From Thermoplasmata archaeon (lineage in GTDB: Archaea > Thermoplasmatota > Thermoplasmata > RBG-16-68-12 > JAFNFQ01): a DNA stretch of 64,000 bases. The DNA lies in assembly GCA_041489255.1 (NCBI GenBank), contig JBGPQV010000003.1, positions 105,836 through 169,835 on the forward strand, read 5' to 3'. How positions within the stretch are numbered: the stretch's first letter is position 1; each line of letters starts with the position of its first letter. The translations under genes were made by a program, and so were the position numbers. Below, in pieces: positions 8,750 to 18,841 of this stretch. The notes under the pieces were generated by a model that was not told where the DNA came from, made no database searches, and saw only the letters and a list, made by a program, of their open reading frames with translations.

Positions 8750-9972
8750 CGGCCGAGGCTGGATTCGAACCAGCGTATCTCGCGGGCAAGAGCTGGTTCT
8801 CGCTGGCCAAAATCCCTCTCGAGATTCCACCGATGCGCAATCCGAACATCAAGTGGCCTAATGACGACGATCTCGATTGCGCGTACGTCCCCAGCGCGAT
8901 GGTTCAACTGGTGGGCGATGGAGTCCCGGTGATGAAAGCGCTCCGCGACGAGAACAGGAGCGGTTTCCTTCCTGACAAGAGAATGATTGTGGCGGGGCAA
9001 GAACTCGTGCTCAATGTGAAAGGATGCGGCTCAATCATGGCCCCATATGAATTGAGCACGATTGACGGTGCCACGTTGGCGGGAATATGGCGCGGCGATG
9101 TCCAAGTTCAAGAGAAGTTGAGGACGCTGCAATCTGACGGCATCATAACAAGCGAGCAGTGGTTCTCTGGCGAGAGCCCCTATGGCGGTCAGGGCTACGA
9201 GAACGCGGTCGACTCCCTTCGAATCAGTGAACTCGCAGGCAGAGGACTGCACATCGAAGGATTCCACATCTGCCCGGTGCTCCAGGCATGCATCTTGCCG
9301 AGGCGATACTGGAATCTCGCAAGGCACCTCTACTGGTTCAGGAGGCACGAAGGACCGATTTGCCAAACGATTCGTATGATGCCGTCCGATGTCAGGCTGT
9401 ACTTCCACGGATCAACCACCCTTGGCGCGGACCCCATGTCTGTGTGTAAGAGCTTCGACGTACGCGAGGACGAAGAGTACAAAGCATTCGAGCTGAACCT
9501 CGCTCGCACAGGGGTTGCCGCATTGACCCTTCTGGCACGGACGTTGCGCTACGATCAATCATCCGGCAACTGGCGGGGGCTGGATTATGAAGACGTATGG
9601 CTGGACAAGGACGCAGTTCTCGCACCCGATGGGAAGCTCTACTTCGCGGACCTAGATGGTCTGGCTTCGGTGAAGCTCGCAGAGGAAGGGATTGAAGGCG
9701 CGATCAGGAAACAGTTCGACAAACACGCCTACGAGTTCTTCTATGCACTCATGGCCATCGAGCGTGAGAGACAACGGACGCATGGTAGGATGGATTGGCA
9801 GGAAACTGCACGCTATGTCGGGGAGATGTTGCGGCTCGCCATGAACGGCGATAAGCACGTGCAGGTGGAATGGGACGGGGGGGATATCCTGATGCTGTAC
9901 ACCAGAGGCGCTATGCCAAGCTCATCATTTGAATTGCTGAACCTTCGGAGGGATGCACAAGATGCTCACTAG
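8746..9972 (+). CDS. Atypical kinase-fold protein (SelO/YdiU-like)
   Basis: DKRM...LNVKGCG, SPYGGQG, DKDAVLAPDGKLYFADLDG resemble the SelO DGRA/QLKGAG/TPY/DN..IDYG motifs; ATGA overlap with upstream gene. Confidence 0.55.
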   Translation: MTAEAGFEPAYLAGKSWFSLAKIPLEIPPMRNPNIKWPNDDDLDCAYVPSAMVQLVGDGVPVMKALRDENRSGFLPDKRMIVAGQELVLNVKGCGSIMAPYELSTIDGATLAGIWRGDVQVQEKLRTLQSDGIITSEQWFSGESPYGGQGYENAVDSLRISELAGRGLHIEGFHICPVLQACILPRRYWNLARHLYWFRRHEGPICQTIRMMPSDVRLYFHGSTTLGADPMSVCKSFDVREDEEYKAFELNLARTGVAALTLLARTLRYDQSSGNWRGLDYEDVWLDKDAVLAPDGKLYFADLDGLASVKLAEEGIEGAIRKQFDKHAYEFFYALMAIERERQRTHGRMDWQETARYVGEMLRLAMNGDKHVQVEWDGGDILMLYTRGAMPSSSFELLNLRRDAQDAH

Positions 9973-11434
9973 CAGATTGCGCGCGATCTTGGAGGCGCTC
10001 TCCGCGCGTGTCCAGGTGTCAATGCAGGAAGACGAGTTGTTTTACTTAATGGGCAAGAAGGTCGTCACGTTCGTTTCGAATGATGAATACAGGCGTCTCT
10101 CAGCGGGAGCATACTCACACGACACCGCAGCATCAGAGGTCCGCGAGGGAGAGCGGAATCTTGAGAGCCTCGACGCAAGCTACGCTCGATCGGCATCGCC
10201 AGACGAGAAAGAATACCTCAAAGCGCGAGCTGATGCCATGCAGAAGCTCCGCGAGGCTCAGCAGCAGATGCTGATGCTAATGCACCAAGCCACTTCGATC
10301 CACCGCTTCGTGCAGCTGAAATCGCTGGGCGGTTATGTCGCGATATCAGAGCACGGCAGGGAAGTCCTCGATGCTCTCCCCGCGCTCGCTTCCATTCAGA
10401 CGGGGTCCGAACCAGCTGAGGCTGACGGCGTGCTCTATTCGCTCGAAGCGGGTGTGACTAGAGTCGGTAAAATCGCGAAGGCGATCCAGACCGCCCTCCA
10501 AAAGTGGGATACATCCTACGTGGCGACCAATTTCTCCGACACGCAATTGCTCGCGGCAGCCAGTGATATCGCACCCTTTGGCGGCGATTACATCTCGTTT
10601 CTCAAGACGGCGCAGCAACTGGCCGAGATTCTGGCGAAAGCGAGACACGTCTCCCTCTACGCAGCAGGGCCAGAGCCTGACAAATGCCAACGCGCTTCCG
10701 TTGTGGCGACAGAAATGATGGATATCCTAGGTTCAAAGGTCCAATGGGGCAATCGCAAGTCCTCGCTTACAGCGGCTTCAATGTCATCGGAGCTGAATAG
10801 GTACTCGGGATTTGACACAATCAATGCAGTCATCGCTATTCACGCGGACATGCTTGGTGCGAAACCTATTTCATCGCGGGACACAGACAAGCCGCGCAAC
10901 CCAAGTTACCAAGATTCGTCTCTGGGCTTCCAGAGGCTTCTGTTGATGCTCCCCGTGAGCCCTGAGGTTCTCGCGCTCAGGATGCAAACCATTGTGGACC
11001 ATTTAAAGAAACGCGTGCCCGACGCACCCATTGTGGAGATCTGCGATTCGGCTGCGATTCTGTGTGCCGTCAAGGAGCGATCGCCAGACGATCTCATGGC
11101 TTCCTTCGACGCAGCAGATGCGTGGCTGAAGAATGCGCTGAGCAGTCATGTCGTCGCCGCGGCACTCGCAGCCGCGCTTCCGGGCCCTGTGGAGACCACG
11201 AAGCTTTGGACGCGTCACCTGATCTCCAAGCTTGAAGCAACGAACAAGACAGCGGGAAACGTCGAGCCTTTACACCTCTCTCTCAAAGCGCTTTGGTCCT
11301 CGGTTTTCGGTCCGAAGCGGGACATCCCCATGCTGTTCGGCATGGCGGCATACTGGATGTACCTCTACGAGGAGACGATACGGGAATTCCGCGCACATCC
11401 ATTGCACGTCCACTACGTGCCGTGGTTTGGCTGA
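9962..11434 (+). CDS. Hypothetical helical protein (~490 aa), coiled-coil N-terminal region
   Basis: Long ORF overlapping upstream gene; coiled coil then GYVAISEHGREVL wing-like segment; ends HPLHVHYVPWFG. Confidence 0.8.
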   Translation: MLTSRLRAILEALSARVQVSMQEDELFYLMGKKVVTFVSNDEYRRLSAGAYSHDTAASEVREGERNLESLDASYARSASPDEKEYLKARADAMQKLREAQQQMLMLMHQATSIHRFVQLKSLGGYVAISEHGREVLDALPALASIQTGSEPAEADGVLYSLEAGVTRVGKIAKAIQTALQKWDTSYVATNFSDTQLLAAASDIAPFGGDYISFLKTAQQLAEILAKARHVSLYAAGPEPDKCQRASVVATEMMDILGSKVQWGNRKSSLTAASMSSELNRYSGFDTINAVIAIHADMLGAKPISSRDTDKPRNPSYQDSSLGFQRLLLMLPVSPEVLALRMQTIVDHLKKRVPDAPIVEICDSAAILCAVKERSPDDLMASFDAADAWLKNALSSHVVAAALAAALPGPVETTKLWTRHLISKLEATNKTAGNVEPLHLSLKALWSSVFGPKRDIPMLFGMAAYWMYLYEETIREFRAHPLHVHYVPWFG

Positions 11435-11450
11435 GCCCGAAGAAAGATAA

Positions 11451-11525
11451 TGCTCCCGCCGGGATTTGAACCCGAGTCGAAAGCTCGAGAGGCTTTCATG
11501 ATTGACCGGACTACACTACGGGAGC
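11451..11525 (-). tRNA. tRNA-Glu (anticodon CTC)
   Basis: GCTCCCG TA GTGTAGTCCGGTCAATCATG AAAGC CTCTCGA GCTTT CGAC TCGGG TTCAAAT CCCGG CGGGAGC A; no intron, no encoded CCA. Confidence 0.97.
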
Positions 11526-11646
11526 TTTGCGTCGACTAAGTAGGAGGATATCATAAACCTTGCTCAGAGAACCGCAGCGACTCCCGAAGTTGAGAAATAG
11601 CCAAGGGAACTTCTCCTCTCCGCAGTCCGCTTGATGGCGGGAGAGA

Positions 11647-12249
11647 ATGACAGAGGCGATACTGAGAAGGCACTTTCTGAATCGCGAGAATTGGCGTGCG
11701 TGGCTCGAAGTGAATCACGCGTCCGCGAATGAGCTCTGGCTGATTCTCTACAAGAAGCACACGAAGAAATCCAGCATCCGCCTCGACGAGGCTGTCGAGG
11801 AAGCGCTGTGCTTCGGGTGGATCGACGGGAAGCTGAGGAGGATCGATGACGAGAAGCATGAGATCCGGTTCACCCCTCGGAAGATGGGCAGCACTTGGTC
11901 CGAAACCAACATCAACAGGGTCAAGAGGCTAATCAAGGAAGACCGGATGACCAGCGTGGGGCTGAAAAAGTACAGGGACGGCATGAGAGATCCGAGGATG
12001 AAGCTGCTCAGGAAGGATTTCGAGATACCTCAGTTCATCGTCGCCGCATTGAAACGGAACAAGAGGGCGTGGGACGCCTTCGACAAGCTCGCTCCCTCTC
12101 GGAAGCAACAGATCGTGTGGTGGATAGCGACCGCCAAGAGGGAGGAGACCCGCGAGAAAAGGATCAAGGAGACGATCAGGCGAAGTCTGACGGGGAAGTT
12201 CACCTGGTGGGACGACCAATACAGCAAGCCCGAGCCGTCAAAGGTCTGA
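11647..12249 (+). CDS. YdeI/OmpD-associated family protein
   Basis: WRAWLE.NH...EAVEEALCFGWIDG...RFTPRK..STWSETN; AKREETREKRI. Confidence 0.92.
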   Translation: MTEAILRRHFLNRENWRAWLEVNHASANELWLILYKKHTKKSSIRLDEAVEEALCFGWIDGKLRRIDDEKHEIRFTPRKMGSTWSETNINRVKRLIKEDRMTSVGLKKYRDGMRDPRMKLLRKDFEIPQFIVAALKRNKRAWDAFDKLAPSRKQQIVWWIATAKREETREKRIKETIRRSLTGKFTWWDDQYSKPEPSKV

Positions 12250-12297
12250 ATCCGCGCATTTAATATCCGTCGAACCGGTGTCGCCGCCGGTGTTAAC

Positions 12298-13122
12298 ATG
12301 AAGGTCCTCCTCGCTCAGCTCTCGCCCAAGGTCGGGGACAAAGAAGCCAACATCGCCATGATGGAGAAGGCGATCAGAAAAACGAAACCCGACCTCGCCG
12401 TCTTCGGTGAACTCTTCCTCACAGGGTACATGGCCCGCGACTCGTGGAGGACGCTCGCAGAGCCCGTGCCCGGACCGAGCACGCAAGCGGTCTCCGAGAT
12501 AGCGCGCAAGAACTCGACCCACATCATCTTCGGGATGCCCGAGAGGGACACGAAGGCCAGACTGCTCTACAACGTGGCGGTACTCGTCACTCCAGATGGC
12601 ACCGTGGAGAAGTACCGCAAGATCCACCCCGCCAACTTCGGGCCCTTCGAGGAGGGAATCTACTTCGCACGAGGGCGGGAGCCGAAGCTTGTCGAGACGG
12701 AGCTGGGCAAGATTGGCCTGATGATCTGCTTCGATTCCTTCTTCCCCGAGCTCGCGAAGGTCCTCGCTCTTCAGGGCGCCGATATCTTGGCGGTAATCTC
12801 CGCCGCGCCGAACACGAGCAAGCCGATGTTCGACAAGGTGCTGCCCGCCAGGGCGGTGGAGGACACGTGCTTCGTGCTCTACTGCAACCTCGTCGGCACA
12901 GAACTCAACATTGTCTTCGCTGGCGGGACTCAGGCAATAGGGCCTCGCGGGGAGTACATCGGTGTCGCCAAGGACTACAAGGAGGACCTCGTGTTGGTTG
13001 ATCTCGACCTCGCTGACCTGGGACCCGCCAGGCAGGCAAGGCCGACAATCAGAGACACCGACCCTCATCTGGTCGACCTCGCCCTCGGTCGCGGCGGGAA
13101 GAAGGGGCGGCGCAGGGACTAG
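12298..13122 (+). CDS. Carbon-nitrogen hydrolase (nitrilase superfamily)
   Basis: Catalytic triad motifs FGELF, YRKIH, ICFD..FPE. Confidence 0.92.
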   Translation: MKVLLAQLSPKVGDKEANIAMMEKAIRKTKPDLAVFGELFLTGYMARDSWRTLAEPVPGPSTQAVSEIARKNSTHIIFGMPERDTKARLLYNVAVLVTPDGTVEKYRKIHPANFGPFEEGIYFARGREPKLVETELGKIGLMICFDSFFPELAKVLALQGADILAVISAAPNTSKPMFDKVLPARAVEDTCFVLYCNLVGTELNIVFAGGTQAIGPRGEYIGVAKDYKEDLVLVDLDLADLGPARQARPTIRDTDPHLVDLALGRGGKKGRRRD

Positions 13123-16100
13123 CCGTCGTCTGGCGGTGGCGGCGGGGCCTTCCTTTCAGCTAGCTCCTGCTGTTGCTCAGATTCCTTCCTCTTCCTTCGC
13201 TTCATCAGCAGGAGAATCACCGCCATGATGATGACGATGATGATCGCGACTGCGATGAGGATGACCGATGTGTCGGTTCCTGAGGACCGCGACAGGGTCG
13301 TGCCGTCCTCTTGGGCCGGAGCGGACTCAATCCCTCGCGAGTTCACCGCGGTCACGTTGTAGTAATAGATAGTCCCATCCGCCAGCCCGAGACCGACATT
13401 GTCATCGAGGAAGGTCGTCACCGTGACCAGGGGGCCGTTGACCTTCGTCCTCTGACCATTAGGCTGCGTCATCCTGTAGACGTTGTAGCCCCTCAGATCT
13501 GTCAATGGCGATGAGTCCGTGTTCAGGCTCGGCGCGGCCCAGCTCAGCCTGAGGGCTCCGAAGCCCTCCGGCACGACGGTGAGACCCGCCGGCGGGTTCG
13601 GCACCCTCTCGATGATCGAGGTCGTGTAGGTTTGACTCCGGACTCCGTTCAGGCTGCCGTCGACCGCCCAGATGTAGTAGGAGATCGAACCTGCGTGCGG
13701 CTGGCCCGCCACCTCGTAAGAGTACTCATCGGCGGTCACGACAGCCATGCTCACATTCCGCCTGACGCCGTCGACATCCGTGTAGTCCAGCTTCACTTCC
13801 TGGACGAGGATGTTGTCGGTCACATTGGCGGTGATATTGAGCGCGACGGTGACCGGCCATGTCGCCCGGGGCGTATGTTCGATCGAGGGCGGCACCGACT
13901 CGGTTGTCTGGAAGATGCCCGTGTTCGTCTCCCAGTTCCCGCTGCTGTCGACCGCGGAGACCTTGTATTGATATGCGCCGACCAGATTCACCGCGTATTC
14001 GTAGTAGAAGGTCGGGCCACCGTCCATCGACTGATTCTCCGGCGTCTGGCCCGGGGCGGTGATTTCCACCCAGACCCCGGCGAGCAGGTAGTTGTCGGTG
14101 ACATCCGCCGTGATGTTCGTCGAAGAGAGAAGCGCGACCGGGCTCGGCGTGGCGGCAAGATTGACGATCAGCGGGGGCGTGTTGTCCTCGACATCGAAGG
14201 TGCTGACCGCCACCGCCCACAGGTCGACCGAATCCTTCGCAGACACTTTGAATATGTAAGCTCCGAGCTGGTCGGGAATCGTCTCCCTGGAGTACCTCGG
14301 TCCCGCGATCATCGACCGGTTCGTCCGCGTGAGGTCCGGCGCCGTCACCTCGACCCAGACCTCCGAGAGCAGGTAGTTGTCGGATACGAGCGCCGAGAGG
14401 TTCGTCGATGCGAACACTTCCACCGGGTTCGGGACTGCCCTCAAGTCCGAGATGGATGGTCTCGTCGTGTCCTCACATGTGAATTGACCCGAGGTCGAGT
14501 TCCGGTTACCGCTGGTGTCGGATGCCCAAATCACGAACGTGTGCAGACCGAGCATCCCGCAGTTCCTCTCCAGGAAGTAGCGCATCCCGAATGGGTCATA
14601 CGACATCGTGGAGTTGATGGTACCGGCAGCGGGATTCGTAACGTTGAGCCAGACTTGGCCAACGGCGACATTGTCGCGAATCACGGCTGACACATTTACG
14701 GGGAAGTAGACCTCCTGAGGATCCGGGATTGCCGTGGCTGACGTGAGCGTCGGCCTCTCGACATCCACGAATGAGGCGGTGGTGAAGGTCCAACTGTATG
14801 GCGTTGCGAGGTTGTTGCCAGGGTCGGATGCGTCTCTGGCCGATGTCGTGAAGTTCGCGGAGTACTGGGTGCCCGACGCAAGCACGCTCGTCGGGCCGAA
14901 GGTCATTATGCTCCCTGCCCAAGACAGCGTTCCCGCCACGGGAGTCCATGTGGCAGTGTCCTTCAGCGAGAAAGCCGACTCCGCCGATGTCCTCATCATC
15001 GGCTCGGACCATGCTGCCTGGACATTCGCGCTGGTCGGAACGCCGGTCTCCCCCGAGAACGGGCTTGTGGAGGAGACTATTGGCGGTGTCGAGTCGATCT
15101 CGAGCGCGGGAGAATATCCGTACCCGGTTCCCCCAATTGTGTCGACGACGACGGCCTGCAAAACGACCGCAGTGCTGTCTTCAAATGGGACTGTCCAAGC
15201 GTATGGCCTGGCATCGCCTGCCACGCCCTGGAGTCCAGCGATCTGATGGTCGAAGGGACCAGCTCCCGTCACTGAGTAATTGACCCAGACCTTGAGGTTC
15301 CCGATGGAATCCTCGGCGTCATACGCCGTCCAATCGATGTTGTGAATCGTCCCGCCGGTCCAGCTCTCCCCGCCTGCAGGTGCGGTGATGCCGATCGTCG
15401 GCGGCGTATTGACAATCGTGGTGAAGGACCATATATAATCAAGGATCATGGAATTGCCTGGATTGGATACGTCCCTCGCGCCGGTCCAGACCGTCGCGGT
15501 GTAGGTCGTGGAATATGAGAAATCCACATGATCAATGGTCAACGTGTCATCTGGGAAGATCCTCTGCGACCAGCTGAATATCAAGGTGCCCATATTCGGC
15601 ACCAGAGTGAAGGCTGATTCAACTGAGGCGGTGTCCATTCTCTCCGAGAACTGGACAACGATAGGAGCAGTGAGAGCGACCCCCGTGCCCGTCGGTGACG
15701 CGCTCACGACGAATGGCCACGTCGAGTCTATCTGGGGGACCAAGACCGTGCTGTACCCTTTTAGTCCGTTTGCGTCGATGACGGTCGCGTTTATCCTCAC
15801 ATCGGTTGCGTCGATTGTCGGCACTGTCCATCCGTAGATGGTCGCGCCAGCAAGCGGTCCTGCAATCGTGCCTGAGCTCGGCGTCGAGGTGTAGTTGAGG
15901 TAGATCCTGAGGCTACCGGGCGGAGTCGTGTCGTCGCTCATTGTCCAAGTGATCATCTGCGAAGAACCGCCCGTCCAGTCCTGCGCGCCACTCGGGTTTG
16001 TCAGAGAAATCGAAGGTGGGTTGTTCACAGGCGGAGCCGTGCCGCTTCCGAAGCAGTAGATCCTTCCACCGTTGCCCCATGTGCCGACGCAAACCCTCCC

Positions 16101-17306
16101 GTCTGAGATCGCAGGTGAAGAGTCAACGTCCCCATACAACGGCGCTTGCCACCTGTATGCGGCGGGATTCGTCTGGTTCGCGTTGAACGAGTAGAGGTAG
16201 TTCGATTTAGATCCGATGAAGACCTTGCCGTCCGAAATGGCGGGGGAAGACCAGATGTCTCCTCCTGTCGCGTAGTTCCAGACCACGGCACCTGTCTGCG
16301 CATCAAGCGCGTAGAGATTGTCGTCGACGGAACCCACGAAGACCTTGCCGTAAGCCACCGCAGCCGAGGAGAAGAATGATTGCGAGCCCGAAGGCGGGAA
16401 TGCCCATATCTGGCTCAGGTCATTCGCGCTGAGGGCGCGGAACTTGGCTGCTGTGGTCGTGAATGTGTAGCCATCCCCGATGTAGACTTTCCCATCGTAG
16501 ATCACCGGAGAACCGTACATGCTCTTGTACCTGGCAGATGTGGCGCTGGCAACCGCAGCTCCCGATTGGGCGAGGCTAATCTTGTAGACGTACCCGTCGG
16601 GTGCCGCGAGGTACGCGTAGCCATTGCAGATCGCTGGTGCACCATACAGGCCGTAATTGGTGCCATCGGGGTGAGCCGACTGTGTTTGGAAGTACCAGAC
16701 CTCGCTCCCTGTGTTCTGATTCAGGGCATGCAGCCGCCTGTCAGCCCCTCCTATGAAAACCATGCCCTGGGCGACCGCAGGCGTCCCGCTCCCCCATAGA
16801 GTGTTCGGGACCGTGAACCTCCATTTGACGGTGCCGTTGTTGGCATGAAGGGCATAGAGCTTATCGGCTCCAAAGAACAGCAGTCCGTTGGAATATGCTG
16901 GAGTGGCGCTCACGCCAGTGTTGCTCGAAACCTGTGCGTCAGTTCTCATCCTCCAAGCCAGGGTGCCGTTGTTGATGTGGAAGGCGAGCATCGAGTCCCC
17001 TGAGGGAGAACCCATCCCGATGAACACCTTGCCCTCGGCAATCGTTGGCGAACCGTACATGTTCGGGCCGGTGGAATTGTACCAAAAGACCCTCTCATCG
17101 TCCGGGGAAGGTGACTTCGTGAGCGACGAATGCGTCTCGTTGTAGGTGTACATCGGCCAGGGATATGTGGTGGTGGCCATAGGTTGAAGCGAGTCACTGC
17201 CACTGTTCCCCCAAGGCCGAACCGGTTCGCTGGCGGTGAGCCAAGGTGCCTGCGCCACAACCATGAATCCTGCTGCCAGCACGAACACGAGGCCAAGGCG
17301 ACTCAA
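13119..17306 (-). CDS. Large cell-surface protein: PQQ-like beta-propeller, Ig-like repeats, FN3 domain, C-terminal TM anchor
   Basis: Signal peptide; repeated SSPAI.DGKVFIGS...LYAL.A..G...W; Ig-like D.TPP.V repeats; FN3 (GYNVYR...YNVTAVN); TM plus KRRKRK. Confidence 0.9.
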   Translation of the reverse strand: MSRLGLVFVLAAGFMVVAQAPWLTASEPVRPWGNSGSDSLQPMATTTYPWPMYTYNETHSSLTKSPSPDDERVFWYNSTGPNMYGSPTIAEGKVFIGMGSPSGDSMLAFHINNGTLAWRMRTDAQVSSNTGVSATPAYSNGLLFFGADKLYALHANNGTVKWRFTVPNTLWGSGTPAVAQGMVFIGGADRRLHALNQNTGSEVWYFQTQSAHPDGTNYGLYGAPAICNGYAYLAAPDGYVYKISLAQSGAAVASATSARYKSMYGSPVIYDGKVYIGDGYTFTTTAAKFRALSANDLSQIWAFPPSGSQSFFSSAAVAYGKVFVGSVDDNLYALDAQTGAVVWNYATGGDIWSSPAISDGKVFIGSKSNYLYSFNANQTNPAAYRWQAPLYGDVDSSPAISDGRVCVGTWGNGGRIYCFGSGTAPPVNNPPSISLTNPSGAQDWTGGSSQMITWTMSDDTTPPGSLRIYLNYTSTPSSGTIAGPLAGATIYGWTVPTIDATDVRINATVIDANGLKGYSTVLVPQIDSTWPFVVSASPTGTGVALTAPIVVQFSERMDTASVESAFTLVPNMGTLIFSWSQRIFPDDTLTIDHVDFSYSTTYTATVWTGARDVSNPGNSMILDYIWSFTTIVNTPPTIGITAPAGGESWTGGTIHNIDWTAYDAEDSIGNLKVWVNYSVTGAGPFDHQIAGLQGVAGDARPYAWTVPFEDSTAVVLQAVVVDTIGGTGYGYSPALEIDSTPPIVSSTSPFSGETGVPTSANVQAAWSEPMMRTSAESAFSLKDTATWTPVAGTLSWAGSIMTFGPTSVLASGTQYSANFTTSARDASDPGNNLATPYSWTFTTASFVDVERPTLTSATAIPDPQEVYFPVNVSAVIRDNVAVGQVWLNVTNPAAGTINSTMSYDPFGMRYFLERNCGMLGLHTFVIWASDTSGNRNSTSGQFTCEDTTRPSISDLRAVPNPVEVFASTNLSALVSDNYLLSEVWVEVTAPDLTRTNRSMIAGPRYSRETIPDQLGAYIFKVSAKDSVDLWAVAVSTFDVEDNTPPLIVNLAATPSPVALLSSTNITADVTDNYLLAGVWVEITAPGQTPENQSMDGGPTFYYEYAVNLVGAYQYKVSAVDSSGNWETNTGIFQTTESVPPSIEHTPRATWPVTVALNITANVTDNILVQEVKLDYTDVDGVRRNVSMAVVTADEYSYEVAGQPHAGSISYYIWAVDGSLNGVRSQTYTTSIIERVPNPPAGLTVVPEGFGALRLSWAAPSLNTDSSPLTDLRGYNVYRMTQPNGQRTKVNGPLVTVTTFLDDNVGLGLADGTIYYYNVTAVNSRGIESAPAQEDGTTLSRSSGTDTSVILIAVAIIIVIIMAVILLLMKRRKRKESEQQQELAERKAPPPPPDDG

Positions 17307-17447
17307 CTCAGAATCTGCCTCCTTGATGAAACCGTCCAGCGCTCACGCCGAAGACTTCGACTGATTGGTCTCTGCGAGTCTTCAAAATGAGTGCCCACAG
17401 ACGAGTTTGAAACATTCTGCCCATATAAGTAGCTACCCCACCCATAC

Positions 17448-17981
17448 TCACGACCCGCTTCTCGCGTCCGCATCCGGCACCGTGCATCCCCGCCAGTATT
17501 CGCAGCAACCAGCCACCTTCGAGATGGCGGGAGTGATCAGGAACGCCATCAGCGCGAACACAGTCACGGCGATGAACAGGAACCATGAGAACTGAAACAC
17601 GAGAATCGGCGCGGCGGCGAACACCGGCGCGAGCCACGAGGGGGCGACGTAGGCCCAGATGAGCCTATACCGCTTGGGCATCAGTCTGACGTCCCCTTTC
17701 CTGAAGAGCGCTGTCGACATCGTGCTGTAGCCGCACGGGCAGACACCGCCATAGTACGGGCAGTTCACGCAGACAGTCGCCCACATCGCCACGGTGCTCG
17801 CTACGCAGTAGAAGGCGTAGATTACGGCGGCGGGCCAGCAGAACAGGGAGATCGTCGTCACCCCGACCGCGTATGTCGCGAATGTAGCGGTGTTCCCCTG
17901 GAAGAACGCCCTCGGGAACCTGTACTCCCGTTCGATGACTGTCGCAGCAGCCTTGTCCACGACCGATGTCGACGACTCCAT
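17448..17981 (-). CDS. Cys-rich integral membrane protein
   Basis: About four TM helices, CVNCPYYGGVCPCG and CCEYWRGC motifs; last gene of the operon. Confidence 0.75.
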   Translation of the reverse strand: MESSTSVVDKAAATVIEREYRFPRAFFQGNTATFATYAVGVTTISLFCWPAAVIYAFYCVASTVAMWATVCVNCPYYGGVCPCGYSTMSTALFRKGDVRLMPKRYRLIWAYVAPSWLAPVFAAAPILVFQFSWFLFIAVTVFALMAFLITPAISKVAGCCEYWRGCTVPDADARSGS

Positions 17982-17998
17982 CTTCTGCCCACTTCTCC

Positions 17999-18838
17999 CT
18001 AGTAGAATGCGGATGAAATGTCGCAGCCAAGCAGCCCTATCGCGTCGGCCCTGCACCTAGCGCAGTGCTCGATCTGCCTTATGTGCTTCCTGCACTCATT
18101 TCTGACTGTTCGAATCTCCAGCCCGCTCGGCGCCTTCCTCTCTTCGAACTCGCTCCCCTTGACAGCCAGGAACGGGATGACATTCTGGACCAGCGCACCC
18201 GCCTCGCTCGCCCTCAGTGCAATCTTCGGAAGCTCCTCCTCGTTGATGCCTGGGATGAGCACCGAGTTGACCTTGACGATAAGACCCTCGTCGACGCACT
18301 TCGCCAACCCGTCCCATTGCTTATCGGACAATGTCTGGAATGCGTCCTGACCTGTCAGCGTCTCGCCGCTGTCCCTCACCCACGAGTAGATCTCCGCCCC
18401 GATCCGCGGCTCGAGCGCATTGATTGTCACAGTAACGTACTTGACCCCGAGGGACACGATTTCATCGACATATTGCGGGAGGAGGAGGCCGTTCGTCGCG
18501 AGGCAGAGCGTCATGTCCGGGAACTCCCCGCCGACGAGCCTTAGCGTCTCGAATGTCTCCTTGTTCGCGAGCGGTTCGCCCGGACCCGCGATCCCAATGA
18601 CGGAGAGATTTCCCAGCTTATCGCGGACGCGGCGCACCAGCGCGGCCGCCTCTTCCGCCTTGAGCAGCTTCGACGTTACCCCTGGACGCGTCTCGTTCGA
18701 GCAGTCGAAGGCCCTGTTGCAGAACCTGCATTGGATATTGCACGCGGGAGCGACAGGCAGATGCATCCTCGCGTACTTCCAGTGAGCCTCGGCGCTGTAG
18801 CAGGGATGAACCGATATTGACTCAGGGATCGCGCTCAA
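17999..18838 (-). CDS. nifB: NifB-type radical SAM protein (stand-alone rSAM domain)
   Basis: All NifB signature motifs: HPC, CNIQCRFC, ETRP, AGPG, TVTIN, CARCRADAIG. Confidence 0.9.
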   Translation of the reverse strand: MSAIPESISVHPCYSAEAHWKYARMHLPVAPACNIQCRFCNRAFDCSNETRPGVTSKLLKAEEAAALVRRVRDKLGNLSVIGIAGPGEPLANKETFETLRLVGGEFPDMTLCLATNGLLLPQYVDEIVSLGVKYVTVTINALEPRIGAEIYSWVRDSGETLTGQDAFQTLSDKQWDGLAKCVDEGLIVKVNSVLIPGINEEELPKIALRASEAGALVQNVIPFLAVKGSEFEERKAPSGLEIRTVRNECRKHIRQIEHCARCRADAIGLLGCDISSAFY

Positions 18839-18841
18839 GCC

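Noticed and set aside
8750-8776. tRNA-like T-arm on minus strand (GCTGG TTCGAAT CCAGC CTCGGCC) as tRNA or att site
   Set aside because: No matching 5' acceptor, D or anticodon arm; differs from the tRNA-Glu 3' end; lies within a coding start
6770-11450. Integrative element at tRNA-Glu
   Set aside because: No integrase and no duplicated tRNA 3' end found by eye; island status rests only on position and composition
17999-18838. Evidence of nitrogen fixation
   Set aside because: nifB alone is insufficient; no nifH/D/K in the window
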